Shown here one piece after another: positions 56,831 through 64,000 of a stretch of DNA of 64,000 nt. A program made the translations under genes and the position numbers. This DNA is from an uncultured Acidobacteriota bacterium (lineage in GTDB: Bacteria; Acidobacteriota; UBA6911; RPQK01; CBDAPI01), in assembly GCA_964565865.1 (NCBI GenBank), contig CAZMGM010000002.1, positions 16,828 through 80,827 of the forward strand. The letters are read 5' to 3'. Below the pieces are notes generated by a model. It saw only the letters and a program-made list of their open reading frames with translations, was not told where the DNA came from and ran no database searches. Within the stretch, counting starts at the first letter, position 1. Each line of letters begins with the position of its first letter.

Positions 56831-57618
56831 ACTTCCTCCCCCATCGTCTCGGACACTTCAAGCTCAACGGAAGGCGGGACTGACCCGGGGCTCGGGTACT
56901 GTGTGAGACGATAAAATGGCTGTTCCAGCGAACCATCCTCCTTAAGCTCACCGGGCGTTCCATCAAATACGAGCTTTCCTTCGTTGATCAACAGCACTCG
57001 ATCGGCCACGGCGTCCACCTCTTGCAGAATGTGGGTCGATATCAGGATTGTCTTGGTGCGACCCAGCTCCTGGATATTCGACCGGAACGTTCGGATCTGA
57101 TTCGGATCGAGCCCAGCTGTAGGCTCGTCCATGATCAACACCTCGGGGTCGTGTAAAAGAGCCTGTGCCAGTCCGACACGCTGCTGGTAGCCTCGTGACA
57201 GCTTGCTGATCGGCTTTTCCATGACTTCATCTAGACCACACAGTCGATTCACCCTGTCAACAGCGTCCTTTAATTCGGAATCAGCCAATCCACGAGCTTC
57301 ACCGAAAAACGTCAGAAGCTCCGCAGGAGTCATCTCCTGGTACAAGGGGCCGTTTTCCGGAAGATATCCAAGCGACCTGGATGCCTGGATCCGCTGGCGC
57401 TGAATGTCCAGACCTGCTATCGATGCTCGTCCCCGATTGGGAGACAAGAAGCCAGTGAGGATTTTCATGGTCGTAGATTTCCCGGCGCCGTTGGGCCCCA
57501 GGAAAGCCACAATCTGACCCTCGGGAATCGAAAAAGAAATGTTTTGGATGGCCACGAAGTCACCATAAAACTTCGACAAGCCTTTGGCCTCAATCATTGT
57601 TCTTGAGGAAGTCTCCAT
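56827..57618 (-). CDS. ABC transporter ATP-binding protein (GldA-like)
   Basis: 263 aa. Walker A GPNGAGKST, signature LSRGYQQRV, Walker B LIMDEPTAGLD. 4-nt overlap with the permease gene. Confidence 0.9.
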   Translation of the reverse strand: METSSRTMIEAKGLSKFYGDFVAIQNISFSIPEGQIVAFLGPNGAGKSTTMKILTGFLSPNRGRASIAGLDIQRQRIQASRSLGYLPENGPLYQEMTPAELLTFFGEARGLADSELKDAVDRVNRLCGLDEVMEKPISKLSRGYQQRVGLAQALLHDPEVLIMDEPTAGLDPNQIRTFRSNIQELGRTKTILISTHILQEVDAVADRVLLINEGKLVFDGTPGELKEDGSLEQPFYRLTQYPSPGSVPPSVELEVSETMGEEV

Positions 57619-57791
57619 ATGTCTTAACCTCCCGAATGGAACCTTAAGTTGTCGTGGTCCCAGCCTGCAACTGAACGATGTTTCTCCTGCACCGGGGCGG
57701 CACGGCTGGAAGCCTCAACCTTTCTCCTGACAACTACTTATACGATTGTCCTGGTCTAGGGCTCCGGAGAAGCTCCTCGGCTTCCCCTGGT

Positions 57792-57801
57792 CCCCCCCCC
57801 C
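57792..57801. repeat. Homopolymeric C10 tract in a divergent intergenic region
   Basis: CCCCCCCCCC at 57792-57801, between the ABC ATPase start (57618, minus strand) and the kinase start (about 58000, plus strand). Confidence 0.9.
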
Positions 57802-57999
57802 TCAATTCCAATTCTACATGGCAACGGGCAATGCGCTAATCGTTCTCTCTCTATCGTCAGAGCATGATTACTATAAACAACCAGGCACCGCAAGAGGAAG
57901 CCTCCCTCGCCCGTCCGGGTAGCCCACTGCACGAAACTATACACGAGCACCCAACGGCGACTACTCTGGGTGGTCAACCACACTATGAACGCCAACGAC

Positions 58000-59058
58000 A
58001 TGGCTACCCAATTCAAAATCCAGGGTGCACTGGAGTCGAGGAAGCCCGTCAACAGGGGCCACATCCATGACTCCCATATCAGCACTTGGAAAACAAGTCA
58101 CGGTCCAGTCCGCTACCTGCACCAGCGCATCAACCAAACCGTTTTCCCGGATGTTGCGGCACTTATGGGCAACCTTCGACGTATCACCAAACACCTCCGT
58201 GATCGCCCGGTCCCGGGAGAAAAAACCTTGACTCTGATCCCAGCCCGAAATGGACGGGACACCTGGATTGATTCCGCCGGCTCCCACTGGCGAACCTTCA
58301 AATATATCGAGAACACGGAAGTGTTCAACCTTTGTCCTGACCGCGAACACGCTTTCGAGGCAGCCAGAATGTTTGCCGGCTTCGTTGCTCGGCTCAGAGA
58401 CCTGGCACCGGCCTCTTTGGCCGTGACAATCCCTAACTTCTTCCACACGCCCACGAGGGTCCAGCAATTAGAGGCGTCCGCCGCTACCGACAAAGCCGGG
58501 AGGCTTAGAGCCGCTCGCAAGGAAGTCGACTTCGTTCTGAAAAGAGAATCCTTCTGGTCGATCATCTCGGAACCCCTCGAAAGAAACCTGCTTCCCCAAT
58601 GGGTGATCCACCATGATCCTAAAATCAACAACTTGCTCTTTGATCTCGACTCCGGCAAGGCCGTCTGCGTGGTGGATCTTGATACGTGCATGCCGGGCTC
58701 TGTTTTGTACGATTTCGGAGACCTGGTTCGGACGGCGGGAGTCGATACGGTTGAGGATGAACCGGATACGTCCCGAGTCCGCCTGAACCTGGGTTTGTTT
58801 GAGGCACTGGCGACAGGCTACCTGGACCACTTCAGGGACCTAATGACGGGCTTGGAGATTCGCCTCCTGCCCCGAGCTCCCCGTCTGGCAGCGCTGACCA
58901 TCGGGATCCGTTTTCTGGCCGACTACCTCAACGGAGACACCTATTTCAAAGTCGAACATGCGGAACACAACCTGCAGCGTACCCGAGCTCAGTTTGCACT
59001 GGTTAAGAGCATGGAAGAACTGGAAACGGAAATGGAAAGAATCGTCGCCAGTCTTTGA
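58000..59058 (+). CDS. APH/NahK-family sugar kinase-like phosphotransferase (N-acetylhexosamine 1-kinase-like)
   Basis: Contains RGHIHDSHIS (GHIN-like nucleotide loop), the Brenner-type HHDPKINNLLF, and VVDLDTCMPG (DxD). The size and layout resemble NahK-type kinases. The track ORF starts at 57970; ATG 58000 is preferred. Confidence 0.65.
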   Translation: MATQFKIQGALESRKPVNRGHIHDSHISTWKTSHGPVRYLHQRINQTVFPDVAALMGNLRRITKHLRDRPVPGEKTLTLIPARNGRDTWIDSAGSHWRTFKYIENTEVFNLCPDREHAFEAARMFAGFVARLRDLAPASLAVTIPNFFHTPTRVQQLEASAATDKAGRLRAARKEVDFVLKRESFWSIISEPLERNLLPQWVIHHDPKINNLLFDLDSGKAVCVVDLDTCMPGSVLYDFGDLVRTAGVDTVEDEPDTSRVRLNLGLFEALATGYLDHFRDLMTGLEIRLLPRAPRLAALTIGIRFLADYLNGDTYFKVEHAEHNLQRTRAQFALVKSMEELETEMERIVASL

Positions 59059-59061
59059 TCC

Positions 59062-60249
59062 ATGAAAACTGTTAGATGTCGGCTCAGCGCGATGATGTTT
59101 CTCCAGTATGGGGTGTGGGGGGCTTGGACAACGGTGGGAGCCGCTTATTTTCAGGCTCTTGGGTTTAGCGACCCGATGATCAGCTGGCTCTTTGCTGCCC
59201 TATGGCTGGCCTGCGTCGTATCCCCGTTCCTCGGAGGACAAATCGCGGATCGTTACTTCCCTACCCAGAACTTTCTGGCGGCTGCCCACCTGATAGGAGG
59301 CGTGCTATTAGTGCTCATGGCGGCAGAGCGGTCTTTCGGGTCGATGATGACCTGGATGGCGATCTATTGTTTCCTGTATGCGCCGACTCTGGCATTGACG
59401 AATTCCATCTGCTTTCATCATCTTCAGAACGCCAACCAAGAGTTTGCCCGCATTCGAGTTTGGGGGACGATTGGCTGGGTTGCCTCGGGCTGGGTCCTAA
59501 GTGGCTGGCGTGCGGTTTCCAATTTTCAGGTACTGGGTGATTTATTCTACGTCGCGGCCTTCTGTTCAGTGGCGCTCGGCTTGCTCTGTTTCTCACTTCC
59601 TCATACCCCTCCTCGCAGGGGAGCTGAGAGCCCACTGGCTTTCTTGGAAGCGTTTCGAATGCTCCGCGACCGTAACTTTGCCATTTTCATGGCAATCGCT
59701 TTCGTTGTTGCTACCGAGTTGCAGTTCTACTACATCCCGACATCCATCTTTCTCCAGGACCTGGGACTCTCGAGCCACTCGGTTCCTGCCGTCATGACGC
59801 TGGCGCAGATCGCTGAGGTGTTTGCAATGTGGTTTCTCTTACCACGCCTCCTGGGGAGCGTTGGCATTCGCGGATGTCTGGCCCTGGGAGTCGTCGCCTG
59901 GCCACTCCGCTACGTCATTTTCGCTGTTGGGGATCCCCTCTGGCTGGTCATCACTTCGCTCGCGTTTCACGGGATTGGTTTCACGTTTTTCTTTGTCACC
60001 TCTCAGATCTATGTTGACAGCGCGTCAAGCACAGACATTCGGGCCAGTGCTCAAAGTCTTCTCACCCTTGCCACCCTGGGAATCGGCAACTATCTGGGCA
60101 CCATGTTTTACGGGTACATCAAAGTTCTGTTGACTCATGACGGCGTCACGGATTGGACCCAGCTCTTCCTGGTCCCCTGCTTTCTGACGACCGCCAGTGC
60201 AATTGCATTCCTTCTTTTTTTTCGACCCGGTCGGGAAGAACTTACCTAA
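59062..60249 (+). CDS. MFS transporter, nucleoside/H+-symporter-like (NupG/YegT-type fold)
   Basis: 395 aa with about 12 TM helices. N-terminal RLSAMMFLQYGVWGAWTTVG and GGQIADRYF motifs are typical of the Nuc_H_symport / MFS_1_like group. Starts 4 nt after the kinase stop. Confidence 0.65.
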   Translation: MKTVRCRLSAMMFLQYGVWGAWTTVGAAYFQALGFSDPMISWLFAALWLACVVSPFLGGQIADRYFPTQNFLAAAHLIGGVLLVLMAAERSFGSMMTWMAIYCFLYAPTLALTNSICFHHLQNANQEFARIRVWGTIGWVASGWVLSGWRAVSNFQVLGDLFYVAAFCSVALGLLCFSLPHTPPRRGAESPLAFLEAFRMLRDRNFAIFMAIAFVVATELQFYYIPTSIFLQDLGLSSHSVPAVMTLAQIAEVFAMWFLLPRLLGSVGIRGCLALGVVAWPLRYVIFAVGDPLWLVITSLAFHGIGFTFFFVTSQIYVDSASSTDIRASAQSLLTLATLGIGNYLGTMFYGYIKVLLTHDGVTDWTQLFLVPCFLTTASAIAFLLFFRPGREELT

Positions 60250-60514
60250 CGTTACCCCACCGCAGTCCATGGTTGAATGACACCTGAACAGGCTTCTTAT
60301 GAAACTCTTCATCGCGAGGGGCATTGTTTATACCTATGCTTATCGTGGGGTGGGGTAGAGGAGCCTTTGGGAACTGCAGCTGGACACGTCCAACTTGTCC
60401 CTCTCCTTTATCGCTCGACTCTCGTCCACTTTCACTCACTTCCCTAACTCGCCAAGCAGCTGCTAACCATCCTGCTTGAACTGCACTTCTAGATGGTTGA
60501 TCATCGTCCCTGAC

Positions 60515-63202
60515 ATGGGATCCGAACACCGCCTTGAGACATTGGCTCGAATTCCTCTCCCCGGTGACAACTGTGCGATCGCCACACGTAGTCTCGATGC
60601 CGGAACCCGAGTCATTGCCGAAGGCAAAACTTTCCACATCTCTTCGACCGTTCTGGAGGGACACCGTTTTGCGCTCGAAAACATACCCGAGGGACAGCCC
60701 CTTCTTTCTTGGGGCTTGCCCTTCGGCTACGCTACTCGTCCCATCCGTTCCGGGGAATATGTCTTCAATAAAGGAATGGCCGAGGAGATGTTCTACCGAG
60801 AGTTTGAATTCGACCTCTCGGAGCCCAACTTTCGAAACGACATCAGAACGTTTCAATTGGATCCGTCGGCTTTTATCCCCGCGCAGCAAGTGAAACTTTA
60901 TCCTGAGCCTCGCTTCTTTCGGGGGTTTGAGCGATCGGACAACAGGGGCATTGGGACCCGCAACTACATTGTTATTCTGGCGGCCAATTCACGAAGTTCC
61001 AGCTTTGTCCGGCTTCTGGATCAGAAACTGAGACCCGAGCTGCGCGAGTACCCCAATGTGGATGGGATTGTGTCCGTTTCCCACACGGAGGGAGGATCCG
61101 ATCTGGAACCGAACAATCGAGAGCCACTCCTCCGGACCCTGGCCGGTTTTGTCGTTCACCCCAACGTGGGAGCCGTACTTCTCGTTGATTCGCCGGGAAG
61201 TCCCGTGAGTAACCTGATGCTCAAGCATTATCTGCAACAACACGGATACCCCGTCTCCGATCTACTCCATTGCTTCTACAGCCTGGAGAAGGATGTCGAG
61301 CGTGAAATAGATTCCTGTCGCAAGATCGTTCGGAAGTGGTTGCCACGGGTGAATCAGTTCGAGCGCTCCCTGCAGCCACTTTCAGCGATCAACCTGGCAC
61401 TGCAGTGCGGTGGGTCGGACGCATTTTCTGGAGTGTCAGCCAATCCCCTGGCTTCCTGGGTTGCGAGAGAGATTGTCCGAAACGGGGGAGCCGCCAACCA
61501 TGCTGAGACCGATGAGTTGATCGGGGCCGAGTCGTACATGCTATTGAAGGTTCGGAGCCTCGAAGTCGCCCATGGATTCCTACAATATATCGAGCGCTAC
61601 AAAGAGATGTCTTCGTGGCACGGAGTTACGGCCGAAGGGAATCCCTCCGGAGGAAACAAGCTGAGAGGGCTGTACAACATCTCTCTCAAATCGCTGGGTG
61701 CCGGAATGAAGCGTCATCCTGATGTGAGACTGGACGATGTCATCGACTACTCCGAAAGAATTACCCGTCCGGGTTTCTATTTCATGAACAGTCCAGGCAA
61801 CGATCTGGAAAGCATTGCAGGCCAGGTTGCTTCCGGTGCCAATCTAATTTTCTTCACCACAGGAAACGGATCAGTGACAAATTTTCCTTTTGTACCTACG
61901 ATCAAACTGGTCACGACCACTTCCCGCTATGAACTCTTGCAGGAGGAGATGGATGTCAACGCTGGGGAATACCTGGACGGCGTCTCTATGGATGACCTGG
62001 GTCAGTGTACTTTCGACCTGACCTGCTCGGTCGCCTCGGGCGAGCTGACCAAGGGTGAGAGGTCCGGACAACATCAGGTCTCCATCTGGCGCGACTGGAG
62101 GCAGCGGGATCAGTCAAGACTGGAGGTTATCCAGTCTCAGCCGTTTCCTGCCGGAAACCCGCTACCTTTTCGGTCAGGAGCCCCCGTTGAAAACCTCCAC
62201 TTCCAAGCCCTCGAGACGTCCAAAGGATATGCCGCCGATCAGGTTGGACTGGTCGTACCGACTAGCCTCTGTGCCAGTCAGGTTTCGCTGCTCATAGCGG
62301 GCCGGATCAATCAAAGGCTTCCGGATGGTCCCCTGTGTCGTATCGTCGCCATTCCTCATTCCGAGGGCTGCGGCTATGATTCCGGAGACACTCGAGATCT
62401 CTTTCTGGATACGCTGGTGGGGTACCTGATGCACCCTGCGGTCGGTGCAGCGCTGCTCCTCGAGCACGGCTGTGACAAAATTCACAATGGCGTGGTTCGT
62501 TCTCGACTTGCGGAAAATGGCATCGATCCGGCCAGATTTGGAACCGCCAGCATACAGCTCGACGGAGGACTGGAGCGCGTCTCTGAAAAGGTGATTGCCT
62601 GGTTCGAAATGCGGCAACGGAAGGCCCCGCGTGCAGGCCAGAGGGAAGTCGGAATCGGTCACTTAAGGATTGCTATGCTTTCTCAGCCTCCTGTCCAGGC
62701 AGTGGCTGCAGCCGCCCTCACAGGAGTGGTCAGCCGTCTGGCAGCGAACGGGACAACCCTAATCGTGCCGGAAGGTGACGCGCTTCTGGGTTTGCTGTCC
62801 AGCGATCAGATTGTGGAGTCAGGGCCCAAACCGACACTTGCCTACGGTGCCGACGCCCGGAAGACCGGATTCCATGTCATGGCCAACCCGGGTCAGCACT
62901 GGGCCGAAGCTCTGACCGGTTTAGCGGCCTGTGGGGCCAGTCTCATCCTCGGCTATCATGGGTCTCGGCCTCAGGCAGGGCACCCCCTCGTCCCAGTCCT
63001 GCGGATCAGTTCTGAGTCTGAGGTATATTCCGTTTTCGGGGCCGACCTGGACCTGGTTCTGGATGGGGACCCGAATGATTGGACGGAACAAATTTTGCGT
63101 CTGGTTGTCGCTACGGCCTCACAGGAGTATCAGGTCAGAGCTTTACAGCTGGGTCACACTGACGTCCAATTCACTCGTGGACTGCTCGGATTCTCCACCT
63201 GA
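60515..63202 (+). CDS. UxaA/GarD-family (altronate/galactarate dehydratase-like) protein with an internally duplicated catalytic core
   Basis: - N-terminus: SAF domain (PGDNCAIATRSLDAGTRV...GHRFALENIPEGQPL).
- Copy 1: full UxaA-like core (IGTRNYIV...SHTEGGS...HPNVGAVLLV...LQCGGSDAFSG...NPSGGNK...FFTTGNGS...PTIKLVTT).
- Copy 2: shorter core (VGLVVPTSLC...IPHSEGCG...HPAVGAALLLEHGCDK...GFHVMANPG...LILGYHGSRP...PVLRISSE).
The track ORF begins at TTG 60476. Confidence 0.8.
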   Translation: MGSEHRLETLARIPLPGDNCAIATRSLDAGTRVIAEGKTFHISSTVLEGHRFALENIPEGQPLLSWGLPFGYATRPIRSGEYVFNKGMAEEMFYREFEFDLSEPNFRNDIRTFQLDPSAFIPAQQVKLYPEPRFFRGFERSDNRGIGTRNYIVILAANSRSSSFVRLLDQKLRPELREYPNVDGIVSVSHTEGGSDLEPNNREPLLRTLAGFVVHPNVGAVLLVDSPGSPVSNLMLKHYLQQHGYPVSDLLHCFYSLEKDVEREIDSCRKIVRKWLPRVNQFERSLQPLSAINLALQCGGSDAFSGVSANPLASWVAREIVRNGGAANHAETDELIGAESYMLLKVRSLEVAHGFLQYIERYKEMSSWHGVTAEGNPSGGNKLRGLYNISLKSLGAGMKRHPDVRLDDVIDYSERITRPGFYFMNSPGNDLESIAGQVASGANLIFFTTGNGSVTNFPFVPTIKLVTTTSRYELLQEEMDVNAGEYLDGVSMDDLGQCTFDLTCSVASGELTKGERSGQHQVSIWRDWRQRDQSRLEVIQSQPFPAGNPLPFRSGAPVENLHFQALETSKGYAADQVGLVVPTSLCASQVSLLIAGRINQRLPDGPLCRIVAIPHSEGCGYDSGDTRDLFLDTLVGYLMHPAVGAALLLEHGCDKIHNGVVRSRLAENGIDPARFGTASIQLDGGLERVSEKVIAWFEMRQRKAPRAGQREVGIGHLRIAMLSQPPVQAVAAAALTGVVSRLAANGTTLIVPEGDALLGLLSSDQIVESGPKPTLAYGADARKTGFHVMANPGQHWAEALTGLAACGASLILGYHGSRPQAGHPLVPVLRISSESEVYSVFGADLDLVLDGDPNDWTEQILRLVVATASQEYQVRALQLGHTDVQFTRGLLGFST

Positions 63203-63204
63203 TG

Positions 63205-63956
63205 CCCCAACTGCAGCCGGAAGTTCCGATATTCCACGTAGCTCCCTTTGCCAGCGTGTGAGTCCTGTAGCCCCAGAAAACCCTGCAAGGGCTTCTGCCG
63301 CATCTCTTCTCTTTCCCCTTGGTCTACATCCAGATACCGGGTTCTGTCAGAGTAAATCGTAATATGGACTCCTTGGCATAGATCTCAAAAGTGTGGCAGG
63401 AATCGGTTGTTTCATCCGGGCGGGGATCGACAGTCGCCTAACCGTACAGTGCACAGGTGCAGTGGAGTTCATCGCGGCGCTCATTTTAAATCTGAACTTT
63501 GTAACCGGTCTCCCAGAGGTTGCCAGCCTCTTCGGCATGAATGAATACTCTGCTGTTGCCATTTTTCGATACTCTCCAATCCATCCTTAAGATGAAATCG
63601 CTCTGGGGCTCGCTAAGATGTGTCCAGGGGCCGGCTTTCATGACCCTCGGAGCGAATGGTCCCGTCCTCAACCGACCATCCTGCCGGGTCACCCATGACC
63701 GTCCAGCCATCAAGATTCTCGCCGTTGAAAAAGTCGAAGAAGCCGTCTGAGGGAGGCAGTTCCAACGCCAGCTCCATCTCTTTCTGCCGCCGCGTCCTGG
63801 GCTCGGGATCACACTTCGCCCCCTTTGGGGTTCGGCTTGAGGGCCGCGGAGTGGCCGACAGTGAATAGACGTGGGCAAGAAGCCCACGGAGAGTACCCCG
63901 TCCGAGATTCCCAGCCCTGAAAAGGAGACAGGGATTTGGGCAACAAGCGCCAACAC
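63205..63956 (-). pseudogene. Decayed DUF1080 (3-keto-disaccharide hydrolase-like) gene with at least 2 frameshifts and 2 in-frame stops
   Basis: DUF1080-like segments lie in three different minus-strand frames.
- FFDFFNGENLDGWTVMGDPAGWSVEDGTIRSEGHES, which ends at a TAG (63613-15).
- GPWTHLSEPQSDFILRMDWRVSKNGNSRVFIHAEEAGNLWETGYKVQI, then TAA (63486-88), then NERRDELHCTCALYG, then TAG (63438-40), then ATVDPRPDETTDSCHTFEIYAKESILRFTL.
- After a further frame change: KPLQGFLGLQDSHAGKGSYVEYRNFRLQLG. Confidence 0.7.
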
Positions 63957-64000
63957 CCGGAACCTGTTAACCTTGCGGTGTGCATTTCTTTTGCGGCCTC

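Noticed and set aside
63438-63488. In-frame TAA and TAG in the DUF1080 gene, considered as programmed recoding (selenocysteine, pyrrolysine or read-through)
   Set aside because: Selenocysteine uses TGA, and no SECIS-like or PYLIS context is evident. The same gene also has two frameshifts, so simple decay is the more economical explanation.
1-64000. Search for CRISPR arrays, IS elements or transposases, integrases, prophage genes, toxin-antitoxin pairs, reverse transcriptases and known defence-system genes
   Set aside because: I saw no regularly spaced direct repeats of 24-40 bp. None of the ORF translations show DDE/HUH transposase, tyrosine or serine recombinase, RT, Cas or typical toxin-antitoxin motifs. 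The AddAB-like pair is ordinary recombination-repair machinery.

Overview
Densely coding 64-kb chromosomal segment, roughly 55-60% GC by eye, and mostly housekeeping genes. I saw no rRNA, CRISPR array, transposase, integrase or phage genes.

Gene order:
- Minus strand: ftsH (5' end only), tilS, a divergent tRNA-CAT, carD, an AI-2E permease and alpha/beta-hydrolase pair. An M23 peptidase and cstA follow on the plus strand.
- Minus strand: ETF-ubiquinone oxidoreductase, an AddA/AddB-type helicase-nuclease pair, a TPR protein and a GntP permease.
- One co-oriented minus-strand block of about 15 kb: tig-clpP-clpX-lon-engB-rho followed by a complete trpEGDCFBA operon.
- Then a CysQ-like phosphatase, asd, a pterin-4a-carbinolamine dehydratase, a 668-aa radical SAM enzyme divergent from nfuA, and an orphan solute-binding lipoprotein.
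- Then an ECF sigma/anti-sigma pair, an S55-like peptidase plus beta-propeller operon, smc, and a GldA/GldF-GldG/DUF4340 ABC system.
- Last, a sugar-type locus: NahK-like kinase, MFS transporter, a 908-aa internally duplicated UxaA-like dehydratase and a decayed DUF1080 gene.

Most interesting observations:
1. The radical SAM enzyme resembles the COG1964 / tetraether-lipid-synthase (Tes, GDGT-MAS) architecture. It sits next to a pterin dehydratase and an Fe-S carrier.
2. The UxaA-like protein is a tandem duplication in which each half has lost a different conserved motif.
3. A short repeat family built on GGTTGAA(A/G) occupies many intergenic gaps and brackets cstA.
4. A roughly 1-kb ORF-free gap carries tandem DnaA-box-like 11-mers inside a 12-bp inverted repeat.
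5. A candidate trp leader/attenuator reuses the rho terminator hairpin.

The taxon cannot be determined from sequence alone. The gene content is reminiscent of Acidobacteriota-like soil or sediment bacteria, which is inference only. All family assignments rest on motif recognition by eye, not on database searches.
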